Source of the DNA: a virus
Taxonomy: Duplodnaviria > Caudoviricetes
Direction: 5' to 3' (one strand)
Virus record (IMG/VR): IMGVR_UViG_3300037067_011079
Location: 781 to 64,780 of that record
DNA length: 64,000 bases
Positions within the stretch are counted from its first letter, which is position 1, and each line of letters opens with the position of its first letter. The notes beneath the pieces are model-generated. The model saw nothing but the letters and a program-made list of their open reading frames with translations, ran no database searches and had not been told where the DNA came from. The position numbers were made by a program, and so were the translations under genes. Below, piece by piece: positions 28,859 to 38,500 of the stretch.

Positions 28859-29863
28859 CTAGGGCACCAGCACAGAGAACGGGTACCTGCTCGCGTCGGT
28901 TGTCTGGATCTGGTTTTCGGGGTTGGGGAGTTGCCAGCCAAGCCTGCATGTGACTCGCATAGCGAGCATGTCCTGTTGCAATAGGTTGAACACGACAGCA
29001 CCAGAAGCATCGGTGATCACGCCGCTATCGAATATCTTATAGGTGATATCCTGCCTCCAGCAGTAGACGGCCCTTTGCCAATCGCCCGCGATCAGGAGCG
29101 CGGCTGTGCTATCCAGAGCGCCGTTCTTGGGGAATGCCACCGGCACACCGGCCAAGCTGTACTTAGTTGGGCTGGTCACGTCGGGCTGAAGCAAGAACTG
29201 TCCTGTAGAGTCTCTGAGGCCCCGGAGAGCAGCCTTTTGGCTGAGTGCTCCAACAATGCCATTGACATCATAGCCATCGGCCTCTACCAGGGCAAACAGG
29301 CCGCCTTCTCCCAGGATGGCATCTGCGAGATCCGGGAATGTCAGGCCGGAACCAACCGAAGAGGACTTATCGATGCTCTGAGACTTGCTTGTGGCATCGG
29401 TTACGATGCCATTGGGCCAGGACGTAGGCTTGTTTGTGCCGTGGATGATGGCTGCATCAATCGCCTTTGCAATGGCCTCAGCGAGCCGAGGGGCCGTTTC
29501 GCCCCAAATATCATAGCCACCGCTTGCAGCGTCATCAATGACGGCAGACGGGATCGGCACAATAACAGCAAGCTCTTCAGCCGTGATGGTGGCATAGGAC
29601 CAGTTCTGCTTTGTGGTCTTCTTCAGGCCTTCGTCGTATGAAGAGCTGGTGCCATCGCCAGACTCGGACGCCAGGAAGTAGGCCGTAGGGTACAGGCTCA
29701 TGACCGGCAACTGCCTAACCTTGGTAGGCATGTCGTTGAGCCTGGTCATCCTGGGTAGGGTAAAGCTTCCCTCGATGGCGGTCTGGATGATAGTCTTTGC
29801 ATATTCGGTTGGGATAAGGTTACTTACCCCGCTCCGAGTGATAATATTGTCATAATCTGTCAT
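28859..29863 (-). CDS. Major capsid protein (HK97 fold)
   Basis: LIPTEYAK.II; AEELAVIVPI; LAEAIAKAIDAAII.G; GDW; QQDM.A.RVTCRLG. Confidence 0.92.
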   Translation of the reverse strand: MTDYDNIITRSGVSNLIPTEYAKTIIQTAIEGSFTLPRMTRLNDMPTKVRQLPVMSLYPTAYFLASESGDGTSSSYDEGLKKTTKQNWSYATITAEELAVIVPIPSAVIDDAASGGYDIWGETAPRLAEAIAKAIDAAIIHGTNKPTSWPNGIVTDATSKSQSIDKSSSVGSGLTFPDLADAILGEGGLFALVEADGYDVNGIVGALSQKAALRGLRDSTGQFLLQPDVTSPTKYSLAGVPVAFPKNGALDSTAALLIAGDWQRAVYCWRQDITYKIFDSGVITDASGAVVFNLLQQDMLAMRVTCRLGWQLPNPENQIQTTDASRYPFSVLVP

Positions 29864-29878
29864 AAGAAATTACCTCAT

Positions 29879-30439
29879 TCATCGGCCCCCCCTACCAGCA
29901 GCCGCGAGAATAGCCGCGTTCATGAACGCATGCTTGCTTTCCGGCGCCTCGCTGCCGGATGGAGTAGGATTGCCGATGTTCTTTTTTAGCTTTAGGCCAA
30001 AATCGGCGGCTATTGACTCGATGTTCTTTAGGATTTCCTCTTCGTTCTTGCCCTTAACGTATTTTAGCAAATTACTTGGAAGAGGCTCGCCGCTTTTGGT
30101 CTTGAAGTCAGAGAACAGTTTGGTCCGAAGTTCCAGCGCCTCGAATTTCTCGAGTTTCTTCTTAGTGGACTCGGCCTCTTTCTTGGCCTCATCGCGCTCA
30201 AGCTGGAGCTGTTGGGCTTCGGTGAGCTTGGACTTCTCGATTTCTTTGAGCTTCGTCTTCAGGTCGTCATAGTCTGCGAATTGTTCCTTAATTCGCGACC
30301 TTTCGGCTGAAAGAATCTTGCCAAGCTTCTTTTTCTGTTCGGGTGTAAAATCATCAGATTCCGGCTCTGACGGGTTCGCCGATGCACCAGATTTATCTGC
30401 TGGCGGCTGGTTCCCGCCATTAAGCTCATCATCTGTCAT
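29879..30439 (-). CDS. Capsid scaffolding protein
   Basis: Coiled coil FADYDDLK.K...KLTEAQ; position between portal and MCP. Confidence 0.8.
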   Translation of the reverse strand: MTDDELNGGNQPPADKSGASANPSEPESDDFTPEQKKKLGKILSAERSRIKEQFADYDDLKTKLKEIEKSKLTEAQQLQLERDEAKKEAESTKKKLEKFEALELRTKLFSDFKTKSGEPLPSNLLKYVKGKNEEEILKNIESIAADFGLKLKKNIGNPTPSGSEAPESKHAFMNAAILAAAGRGGR

Positions 30440-30549
30440 GTAATTTCACCAAACTTTAACGCAAGTTAGCAGCGAGTAGGAATTGTTAACGGACAACTCC
30501 CAAAACCGAAATATTGAAATTATTATCAAAAAAGAATAATACGGGCAGC

Positions 30550-31884
30550 CTATATGCCGCCCTGTAAAGCCAACTCTTCCTTAATTTGCATCTGGTCAGC
30601 ATCGGCCTGGTCTGAGGTCCATCCGTACCGACGCATTGCAGCGGCCTTCTTGCTAGATATGCCTGCCGTTGTATCGTTCATCTCTATCTGAGACTGTTGC
30701 AATTCGTCTTCTGGCAGGCCATCCTTCCATTTGATGGTTATCTCATTGGGCTCAATTGGGATGTCTGACAGGCCCGCCAACAGCAATATAAGCTTCTTTA
30801 GGGCAGGATCTATATTGAGCCTTAAGCGCTCGACGCGCTTCAATGGGGCCATCATTCGCAGTCTGAGCGAGGTGCCACTTTCGGCAGTGCCGCTTATGGA
30901 TTGGCCGAAGGCTTGCGGGCAGGTTTCAGACAACGCATAGAGCTGATCCATGAGGAAAGAGATCTCTTGGAAGGAAGCCGATAACTGCCCGTCCCAGGTG
31001 ATGTACTCGGGCGGCTTCTGCCCATCCGCCATCGGGAAAACTCGAAGATTGCTGTCATAGGACATTTCGCCCGTTTCCGGGTTCCTGGTCACTGCATCTT
31101 CAGGAACTCCCATCGCAGGCTCAGAGTGCGCGTCTAGGATTCGGCCTAACCTAGTAAGCCTGGTTTCCAGCCGCTTGATAATGGGGTCGAGGGAGGTATA
31201 ATCATCTATCCCCCATTGGTTCGTGGTGGTTGTCAGATTGCAGAAGGGGATTAACAGGAAATCGTCTATACCATATGTCTCTTTGGCCTCTTTGTTAATT
31301 TCTATCTCAGTGGCCTCACTAGCAATCTTGCCATCGATTACCTGGTAAGTCCTGGTTTCGACTTCGCCTTTGCGGTGAATCTCACAGTTCAAAGTTTTGT
31401 CAACTTGCCAGGCTAAAAGATGCTCTATAACCCGCCCAGAAGTATCGACGACAGGGAACCACCTAGAAGGCGCGATGGCCTGAGCATGTGGTAGGCCTGA
31501 CTCATCCAGATATGCCTTTATTGGCCCGGTACCAAATCGAGATGTATCGATCAGGGCTTTATATGCCTCTGGAAATAGCGAAGTATCAAGAATGAGCTGA
31601 TCAATCGCTTTCTGGCTGCTTTCGGATACCTTAATTTCAGGCAGTTCGCCGATCAACAGATCAGGCCACAAGGTCGATAGCCTGCGATGCCAATTCAGGC
31701 ACATCACTATCTTCTGGTGTTCGGCTGCATTCTCATGGAAGAGTCTGAGTAGGCCTGTATAAACCGCGGTATGATTGCCATCGAAAAGGTTTTCATTTTG
31801 CTTATATAGCGTGAGCCTAGTTTTTTCGGCATCGGGAGGCCATCGCAAACCTTTTTGCAAGATCGAATCTGCATCATAAATCAT
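30550..31884 (-). CDS. Portal protein (SPP1 gp6-like)
   Basis: Follows TerL; GIDDY..LDPI; YITWDG; ESGTSLR..M; ITIKWKDGLP. Confidence 0.88.
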   Translation of the reverse strand: MIYDADSILQKGLRWPPDAEKTRLTLYKQNENLFDGNHTAVYTGLLRLFHENAAEHQKIVMCLNWHRRLSTLWPDLLIGELPEIKVSESSQKAIDQLILDTSLFPEAYKALIDTSRFGTGPIKAYLDESGLPHAQAIAPSRWFPVVDTSGRVIEHLLAWQVDKTLNCEIHRKGEVETRTYQVIDGKIASEATEIEINKEAKETYGIDDFLLIPFCNLTTTTNQWGIDDYTSLDPIIKRLETRLTRLGRILDAHSEPAMGVPEDAVTRNPETGEMSYDSNLRVFPMADGQKPPEYITWDGQLSASFQEISFLMDQLYALSETCPQAFGQSISGTAESGTSLRLRMMAPLKRVERLRLNIDPALKKLILLLAGLSDIPIEPNEITIKWKDGLPEDELQQSQIEMNDTTAGISSKKAAAMRRYGWTSDQADADQMQIKEELALQGGI

Positions 31885-33215
31885 AATATTTGCCCCATTT
31901 GCCGTAAGACTTTTGCCGCGTATCTTGCCCCATACCTGAAGGCATCCGAACCATGATCAGCCGCGCCAGTGCCGCCCTTCAAGTACATATCCTTTCCTTG
32001 TGCCTGTTGTTTGGGGTCCCAGAGCAATTCGTTAATACTGCGAATTGTAACCGGGCAATTGTGCCGATAGATCTTGCATTTTCCCAGGCTCAAGATGGTG
32101 GTCACATCCTCTATACCGGGCATAATGCTGTTATCCGCCTGGTGTGCACCTATCAGGTTCGGTCTGGTCTGGCCCGCCCTCTTCAGATCCCGTATGAACC
32201 CGTTTTCTTCGGGCGGCACCAGGATCTTTTTTGGAAACACCGGCTTACCATTCCAGTTAATCAGCCTGGTCATGTCCTCGATATAATCAGGATTGCTTTT
32301 CTGTTTCTGCTCTTTTACAGAGTCCCAATTGAACTCATCTAGGATGTACCAACAGCCACCAGACAGGCCCCAAAGCTGGGCGATAAACGGATTGCTAATG
32401 CCGTAATCAAGAGATACTAGATATTCAATGAAGTGGTTAGGTACCTGGTCAACTACATAACCGGCATCTGGATCATCGGAGAAAAACGGGAACACCCGGC
32501 CTTCCGCCATTACCCATAGGCCAAGAATGTTTCGATTGTAGAATACTGAGCCTTTCGGCCATCTGCGCTCGTATCTGGCGCGCGTCTTTGCGGACAAAGA
32601 CAGATTGTCGTCCATCAAAAAATGCAAATGGAGAAGTTGCTTCTCTTGCAATTTTTGCAAATACTCCTGATAAAACCAATGGTTCGCCCCCTGTGGATTG
32701 CAGTTATACCAGAGCTTCGCATCCTCCAGGGAGCAACGGCCTTCGGCAGTTTCAACGAAACTGCGTGGCATAAGTTCAACCTGGTCGAAGTAGAAGCCGC
32801 CACCAGTAAAACCCAAAACCGGATCTTGGCTTCGTTCGTTGTTGCCACCAAACAGATAAAATTTATTAACTCTCCTGCCTTTGGAGATCTCTAAATGGGG
32901 CTCTTCCGCGCTCCGGTTATCCTTGATCTTGTAACCGCGCCCTGGCAGGACTCTCTTCAGAGGGCCAATGACATTTCGCCGGAGGGCCCCAAGGGTCTTC
33001 CCGGCCATGCCAAGTGTTTCATTGTTGTATGTCTGCATGCCCCAATCGATGAAACTTACAGACTCTGGCAAGGTCTTGCCGGCCCTGATAGAGCCATCCA
33101 GAATTATGCCGTCATAATCAGATACGCCGCTTTCAGGCATCCACCAGTTCATCACCGACCGCTGCTTGTCGCTCAGTGGTTTCCATTGAAACAGGGCGGG
33201 CGTCTTTCCAGTCAT
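31881..33215 (-). CDS. terL: Terminase large subunit (PBSX type); start uncertain (33215 or 33275)
   Basis: LDGSIRAGKT Walker A; YFDQVELM Walker B; NCNP; DYGISNP; DHGSDAFRY nuclease motif. Confidence 0.93.
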   Translation of the reverse strand: MTGKTPALFQWKPLSDKQRSVMNWWMPESGVSDYDGIILDGSIRAGKTLPESVSFIDWGMQTYNNETLGMAGKTLGALRRNVIGPLKRVLPGRGYKIKDNRSAEEPHLEISKGRRVNKFYLFGGNNERSQDPVLGFTGGGFYFDQVELMPRSFVETAEGRCSLEDAKLWYNCNPQGANHWFYQEYLQKLQEKQLLHLHFLMDDNLSLSAKTRARYERRWPKGSVFYNRNILGLWVMAEGRVFPFFSDDPDAGYVVDQVPNHFIEYLVSLDYGISNPFIAQLWGLSGGCWYILDEFNWDSVKEQKQKSNPDYIEDMTRLINWNGKPVFPKKILVPPEENGFIRDLKRAGQTRPNLIGAHQADNSIMPGIEDVTTILSLGKCKIYRHNCPVTIRSINELLWDPKQQAQGKDMYLKGGTGAADHGSDAFRYGARYAAKVLRQMGQIL

Positions 33216-33678
33216 TTTTTGCTGCCACTCTGACGGCCTCAATGTAACCGTCTGATTCAGTTTCGTTCGTATCATCGAGCATGGTTTTTCCCATCAACCC
33301 GAGCGCTCTTATCGCCGGCTCCAAACAGTTCGCAGCTGCTTGATAATCGCGTGAAGTTGCCGCCGTTTCCTCAGCCAACACACTCAGATTCTTGCACCGC
33401 TCATAGATCTCGTTAATGCGATCTTCGACGGCGATCTTATGCCGCTTCTCGATTATATCCGTGAACGTCCCTGGATTGGGCGGCTGCATGCGCTCAGGAT
33501 ACTTGCCAACATGCCCCATGTGAGCATGCTTGCTTATTTCCCGCCAGGCTTGCTTTCTATTGATCTGCTTATCGTATTTGCGGGCGATGGCGGCATAGGA
33601 CATCTCGTGTGTTAGGTCGAGGTCTATGGCGCGACGGATGTCAGGATCTAGGGCGCAAATACGGCAATAGGGGGCAAT
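33133..33678 (-). CDS. Terminase small subunit-like HTH protein with a probable ATT start
   Basis: Frame extends 25 codons above the ATG at 33603 to ATT-GCC-CCC-TAT-TGC-CGT-ATT-TGC, adding CxxC plus an HTH; in-frame TGA and GAGTTGA SD just upstream. Confidence 0.6.
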   Translation of the reverse strand: MAPYCRICALDPDIRRAIDLDLTHEMSYAAIARKYDKQINRKQAWREISKHAHMGHVGKYPERMQPPNPGTFTDIIEKRHKIAVEDRINEIYERCKNLSVLAEETAATSRDYQAAANCLEPAIRALGLMGKTMLDDTNETESDGYIEAVRVAAKNDWKDARPVSMETTERQAAVGDELVDA

Positions 33679-33690
33679 GGGAGATCAACT

Positions 33691-33710
33691 CGAAAGGCTT
33701 ATATATTATA
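33691..33710 (+). promoter_or_regulatory. Archaeal promoter (BRE plus TATA) for the plus-strand operon
   Basis: CGAAAGGC-TTATATA ~24 nt before the ATG at 33728. Confidence 0.65.
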
Positions 33711-33727
33711 GAATACTCTAGGATACT

Positions 33728-33844
33728 ATGAAACTCAAATGCAAGAACAAGGATTGCGGGTACAAATGGGACTACAAAGGCAAGAATCCGTTTTGGGCGT
33801 GCTGCCCGAGATGCAAGCATTCGGTGAAGGTGACAAAGAAATGA
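33728..33844 (+). CDS. 38 aa zinc-ribbon protein
   Basis: MKLKCKNKDCGYKWDYKGKNPFWACCPRCKH; ATGA overlap with the next gene. Confidence 0.7.
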   Translation: MKLKCKNKDCGYKWDYKGKNPFWACCPRCKHSVKVTKK

Positions 33845-34170
33845 TCTATCTCGCTTGCCCTTACTCGCATCCGCTGGAAGGCATCCGATTGGCCCGTTTC
33901 CGAGCCGCAAACATCGCCGCCGCGCGCCTGATGGCGGAAGGGCATATCGTCTATTCAGCCATCAGCCACACGCACCCAATCGCGGTTGAGAACAATTTGG
34001 GCCTTGATTGGGATTACTGGCGGTCCGCGGATGTCTATTTCATCGGACTATGCGATGAGATGGTCGTTTTGAAATATCCGGGATGGGAAGAATCGAAAGG
34101 CATCGACGCAGAAATTCGCCTCGCGAAGAGTTTGGGTAAGAAGATTAGATTCATGGAGTGGACAGAATGA
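33841..34170 (+). CDS. DUF1937-like protein (nucleoside 2-deoxyribosyltransferase-like fold)
   Basis: MIYLACPYSH...YSAISHTH...GWEESKG..AEI..AK.LGK. Confidence 0.75.
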   Translation: MIYLACPYSHPLEGIRLARFRAANIAAARLMAEGHIVYSAISHTHPIAVENNLGLDWDYWRSADVYFIGLCDEMVVLKYPGWEESKGIDAEIRLAKSLGKKIRFMEWTE

Positions 34171-35540
34171 ACGATTATCAAACATTCCTGGCATCAAAGC
34201 GATTTCATGCCAAACCGAGCGGATTTCAACCCAAAGACATCAACGCAAAACTCTTCCCATTCCAACGAGATATAGTCTCTTGGGCTTGCCAGAAAGGCAA
34301 GGCCGCCATTTTCGCCGGGACCGGTCTAGGCAAGACGCCTATTCAATTGGAATGGGCCAGACAGGTCTACAACGAATCTAAAGGCAATGTCCTTATCTTA
34401 GCACCACTGGCGGTTGCTCAGCAGACAGTTGATGAAGGTCACAAGTTTGGGGTCGAGGTCCGCCTATGCAGGAAACAAGCCGATGTCATGCCAGGGATAA
34501 ACATAACTAACTATGAAATGCTAGACCATTTCGATGCCAAGCAGTTCATTGGCGTGGTTCTGGATGAATCGAGCATAATCAAGGCCTTTGAGGGAAAAGT
34601 CAGGAATCAGATCGTAGATAGCTTCAGGGAAACGCCCTATAAGCTCGCTTGCACCGCGACGCCTGCTCCAAATGACCACATGGAGCTAGGCAATCACGCA
34701 GAGTTCATGGGAGTCATGTCCAGGACCGAAATGTTGAGTGCATATTTCGTACATGACGGCGGAAAGACAAGCCAATGGAGGCTCAAGGGCCATGCCAAAA
34801 CCGCCTTCTGGAAATGGGTCGCATCATGGGCCGTCATGCTTCAGATGCCTTCTGATTTAGGCTATGAGGACAACGGCTTCAAGTTGCCGCCCCTAAACAT
34901 TGAGCAGCATGTGGTAGATCATACCGGCTACATTGTTCGCGAAGCGCAAACGCTTCAGGATCGCAGAGGCGCACGCCGGAATAGCTTAGATTTGCGTGTC
35001 GCGAAGGCTGCAGAACTGGCAACCTCTTCAGAAGGCCCGTGGCTTGTGTGGTGCGATCTGAATGTTGAAGCCGATGCGTTGCGAAAGGCTATTCCCGGAT
35101 CGGTTGAAATACGCGGCTCGGATGATCCTGAAAAGAAAGCTCAGGCGGCTCGCGATTTTGCGGCAGGGAAGATCAACGTGCTCATTTCCAAAAGTTCAAT
35201 TTTTGGTTTTGGCCTCAATTTTCAGGTCTGCCACAAAATGATATTCACCGGCATCTCGGACAGCTTTGAGCAGTACTATCAGGCGGTGCGCCGCGCCTGG
35301 CGGTTTGGCCAAACATCGCAGGTAGACGTTTATGTCGTCACTTCAGAAGCGGAAGGCGCTGTCGTGAAGAACATCAAGCGCAAAGAGCACGAATTCGAGA
35401 TCATGCTAAAAGGCATGGTCGCGAATACCCAAGAGATTTGTGCCGAGAACCTGAAAATGGTTAGCAGAGAGACAGATGAGTATAACTGCAATTTGGCCAT
35501 GATGTTACCAAATTGGGTAAAAACCGAAATCTATATATAG
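34167..35540 (+). CDS. SNF2-like SF2 helicase
   Basis: GTGLGKT; LDESS; CTATPAPND; QAVRRAWRFGQ. Confidence 0.9.
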   Translation: MNDYQTFLASKRFHAKPSGFQPKDINAKLFPFQRDIVSWACQKGKAAIFAGTGLGKTPIQLEWARQVYNESKGNVLILAPLAVAQQTVDEGHKFGVEVRLCRKQADVMPGINITNYEMLDHFDAKQFIGVVLDESSIIKAFEGKVRNQIVDSFRETPYKLACTATPAPNDHMELGNHAEFMGVMSRTEMLSAYFVHDGGKTSQWRLKGHAKTAFWKWVASWAVMLQMPSDLGYEDNGFKLPPLNIEQHVVDHTGYIVREAQTLQDRRGARRNSLDLRVAKAAELATSSEGPWLVWCDLNVEADALRKAIPGSVEIRGSDDPEKKAQAARDFAAGKINVLISKSSIFGFGLNFQVCHKMIFTGISDSFEQYYQAVRRAWRFGQTSQVDVYVVTSEAEGAVVKNIKRKEHEFEIMLKGMVANTQEICAENLKMVSRETDEYNCNLAMMLPNWVKTEIYI

Positions 35541-35562
35541 CTATAGAACCCTATAGCAGTCT

Positions 35563-36117
35563 ATGATAATAGAATACGACTGCGTCGTGTGTGGAAAACA
35601 TGTTAGGAAACGGCGCAGTCCGGGAAACCTCAAAGTGTATCCTAAGTATTGCAGTCAGAAATGTCACGGGATCGCGTCGCGTGTTCCTGATAGGGTTCAA
35701 GCGCCTAATACAAAATTTACCTGCATTGTATGTGGCAAAGAAGTTGAGACATATCGGAGTCCGTCTAGCATGTCCAACTACATACCAAAATATTGTAGTG
35801 TCGCGTGTACTGGAAAAGGCCAAATGGGAAAAAATAATCCAGCATATAGCGGCGGAAGACACAAACTAAGCACGGGATATGTCGTGGTTCTTTGCCCGGA
35901 TCATCCGCGATGCGACTCGCGCGGATACGTATTAGAGCACCGATTTGTAATGGAGTCGGTATTATGCCGATATTTAGACGAATCGGAGGCAGTACACCAC
36001 ATAAACGGCATAATTGATGATAATCGGATTTGCAATTTATGTGTATTCAAAACGCATAGCGAACACGAGATGTACCACCAAGCGCTTAAGGAGCTGAAAA
36101 ACAATGAACGTGATTGA
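35563..36117 (+). CDS. HNH endonuclease with two N-terminal Zn-finger repeats
   Basis: C.VCGK...KYCS..C twice; YVLEHRFVME...VHHING..DDNRI.NL. Confidence 0.88.
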   Translation: MIIEYDCVVCGKHVRKRRSPGNLKVYPKYCSQKCHGIASRVPDRVQAPNTKFTCIVCGKEVETYRSPSSMSNYIPKYCSVACTGKGQMGKNNPAYSGGRHKLSTGYVVVLCPDHPRCDSRGYVLEHRFVMESVLCRYLDESEAVHHINGIIDDNRICNLCVFKTHSEHEMYHQALKELKNNERD

Positions 36118-37006
36118 TCAAGAGATAACCGAAAAATATGCAATGTATAGAGGAGATTGCTGCGAAACGGTAAAGGGCATTCCAGAAAACTCGATTCACT
36201 GGATATGTTTTTCTCCTCCCTTCTCCAGTCTTTACACCTATAGCAACTCCGAGAGGGATCTAGGCAACTGCAAGGACGATAACGAATTCTTTCAGCACTT
36301 TGAGTTCTTGTCATCGGAACTCTTCAGAGTTCTCATGCCAGGCCGCTTGATGTCGGTCCACTGCATGAATCTGCCTACCTCTAAGCAATCTCAGGGAGTT
36401 ATTGGCATCAGGGACTTTAGAGGAGATCTCATTAGAATATTCCAAAAGGCAGGATTCATTTATCATTCCGAAGTCTGCATATGGAAAGATCCAGTAACTG
36501 CTATGCAGAGAACTAAAGCATTGGGATTGCTTCATAAGCAACTGAAAAAGGATAGCTGCATGAGTAGGCAGGGTATACCCGATTACCTAGTAACTTTCAG
36601 AAAGCCAGGAGACAATCCCGAAAGGGTCACGCACACAAATGAGACATTCCCGGTAAAGATCTGGCAGGAATATGCATCGCCCGTATGGGATGATATTAAC
36701 CCATCGGAGACATTGCAAAAGACATCCGCCAGAGAGGATGCTGATGAAAGGCATATCGCGCCACTTCAGCTCGAGGTAATCAGGCGCGGATTGGAGCTTT
36801 GGACTAATCCGGGCGATATTGTTTTCTCTCCGTTCGCGGGCATCGGGTCAGAAGGCTTTGAGGCCGTCAAGAATGGCCGCCGCTTCGTGGGAATTGAGCT
36901 GAAAGAAAGCTACTACGAGCAGGCCCGAAAGAATCTGGCACGAGCAGAATTTGAATCCAAGAAGCCCGCGCAGATTGGATTGGATGCATTTGCGCAGGAG
37001 GCTTAA
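36104..37006 (+). CDS. DNA N4-C/N6-A methyltransferase (beta class)
   Basis: FSPPF catalytic motif; HIAPLQL; SPFAGIGSEG SAM-binding motif. Confidence 0.9.
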   Translation: MNVIDQEITEKYAMYRGDCCETVKGIPENSIHWICFSPPFSSLYTYSNSERDLGNCKDDNEFFQHFEFLSSELFRVLMPGRLMSVHCMNLPTSKQSQGVIGIRDFRGDLIRIFQKAGFIYHSEVCIWKDPVTAMQRTKALGLLHKQLKKDSCMSRQGIPDYLVTFRKPGDNPERVTHTNETFPVKIWQEYASPVWDDINPSETLQKTSAREDADERHIAPLQLEVIRRGLELWTNPGDIVFSPFAGIGSEGFEAVKNGRRFVGIELKESYYEQARKNLARAEFESKKPAQIGLDAFAQEA

Positions 37007-37101
37007 TCATGCCTCTTGATACTAAAATTATTATCGCCTTAAGAAAGGCGCTCAGACATCCTAATCAAAGAACCTTAATAGATTTCGGTATGGTGATTTA
37101 A

Positions 37102-37827
37102 ATGTTCAATGTTGTTATCAGTCAAAATAATCTGAAAGGCGTGATAGATGCGGTCAGCCACCTGGTGAGCGAGGCAAAGATTATGATCTTGGAAGATGGC
37201 ATCAAGATAGAGGCAGTCGACCCGGCCAATGTCGCGATGGTCTTCTTACACGCATCAAGCGGTGCATTTGAGTACTTCAAGGCCACCCCCGGAGAGATCG
37301 CGCTGGATCTGTCGAAGCTATCCAGCCTGTCCGCTGGCAAGGACAGTGTCAGCATGGAACTGGAAGAGGAGACGCATAAGCTCAAGATCGTTGTCGGGAA
37401 GGCCAAATATAAGATGTCCTTGTTAGATCCCACTGCGATCAAACCCGGCCCGCGACTGCCCTCTATGGACATGCCTGCGCATGTGGCGCTGTCTGGCGGC
37501 GATCTGCAAGAGGCGGTTAAGGCAGCGGCGAAGGTGTCTGATCATGTGATATTCAGCCAGGGGGAGAGCAATTTCACGGTCAGCGCCAAAGGCGACATAG
37601 ACGCCTTTGAGATGCCGTTCCCGCTAACAGAATTGCAAGGGGTCAAGATGGGTGAAAGCAGAGCCTTATTCTCACTTGAGTACATTGAGGATATTGCGAA
37701 AGTCGCGAGCCGGGCAGATCTGGCAAAGATAGAGACGGGGATAGATTATCCCGCCAGGATAACGTTTAATATTGGGGAATATATTAATATCCAGTATCTT
37801 TTAGCTCCCCGAATCGAGCAAGAGTGA
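37102..37827 (+). CDS. pcn: DNA polymerase sliding clamp (PCNA)
   Basis: AVDPANVAMV.L; FSLEYIEDI; DYPARI; YLLAPRIE. Confidence 0.95.
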   Translation: MFNVVISQNNLKGVIDAVSHLVSEAKIMILEDGIKIEAVDPANVAMVFLHASSGAFEYFKATPGEIALDLSKLSSLSAGKDSVSMELEEETHKLKIVVGKAKYKMSLLDPTAIKPGPRLPSMDMPAHVALSGGDLQEAVKAAAKVSDHVIFSQGESNFTVSAKGDIDAFEMPFPLTELQGVKMGESRALFSLEYIEDIAKVASRADLAKIETGIDYPARITFNIGEYINIQYLLAPRIEQE

Positions 37828-38002
37828 GGACGATTCGTCCTCATTGTTAATATTTTCATTTACAATCAGATAACAAGGATACCCTCCAAGGTTATTATCC
37901 TTGAAGGAGGTAGCGTAGATTTCCTTGCCGTCTTCGGCTCACCAAATTGACGGCTTCGCATGGATGGTTGTCACAGATTAGGTGACTAGGAAAGGATATG
38001 AA

Positions 38003-38092
38003 AGCCACATGAGAGACTTGAACTCCCGACAGGGGGATATTCTGGAGGAATATCTTACAGATCCCCGACTCTACCAACTGAGCTAATGTGGC
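38003..38092 (-). tRNA. tRNA-Thr(UGU) with a 17 nt intron at 37/38 (38039-38055) and non-canonical C33
   Basis: GCCACAT/ATGTGGC acceptor with U73; GCTC/GAGT D stem; GGGGA/TCCCC anticodon stem; GGGAG-TTCAAGT-CTCTC T arm; strict BHB (TCTG/CAGA helix, two 3 nt bulges). Confidence 0.85.
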
Positions 38093-38227
38093 ACATGCCG
38101 CTTGCTTGCTATTCCGTTCTATCGTAAATGCGCGCTGCGCATTTCAATAAGCGGTGAGAGGCAAGCGATAATTAGGAAACGCAAATTTTAATTCAGGAAC
38201 AAAAGTATATATAGTTTTGTCCCTCCA

Positions 38228-38500
38228 TTAAAATAATTCCCGGTGATGGTCCCCACTGCCCCCGGGAAAGTCGTATATGATCAGAAAGCCAAACCGCCCC
38301 GTACTTCCTCTCGATGGGCATAACCCCTCGTCATTGTTTTCCGAGGCTGATCTTATATGGCTAAAATAAATATGATGGCGGATCGCGTTTGCAGCCTCGC
38401 TACTAGCGACCCGCATATGCCGATGATCATAAGCTCATCCAGGCTCGGCGGACACCTGGAAGGCACTCTTGCAAGAGGTCGAAGGCAGGGGATCGGCCTG
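38228..38500 (-). ncRNA. Candidate structured RNA B
   Basis: Dense helices: GCAGG/CCTGC, TCCAGG/CCTGGA, GCGGGTCGC/GCGATCCGC, GATCAG/CTGATC, CCTCG/CGAGG, TTCCCGG/CCGGGAA followed by TTATTTT. Confidence 0.5.

Noticed and set aside
10530-30470. GCGTTAAAG upstream of both the chaperone (~10545) and scaffold (~30460) genes as a late-promoter motif
   Set aside because: Two 9-mer copies are within chance expectation and the spacing to the start codons differs.
38003-38092. Reading the tRNA as Tyr(GUA) using C-U-GUA
   Set aside because: It needs an extra base at position 26, breaks the BHB central helix, and conflicts with G1-C72 and U73 (archaeal Tyr uses C1-G72 and A73).
38290-38320. GAGGAAGT resembling the RNase P CR-I motif
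   Set aside because: No complementary CR-V/P4 partner was found.
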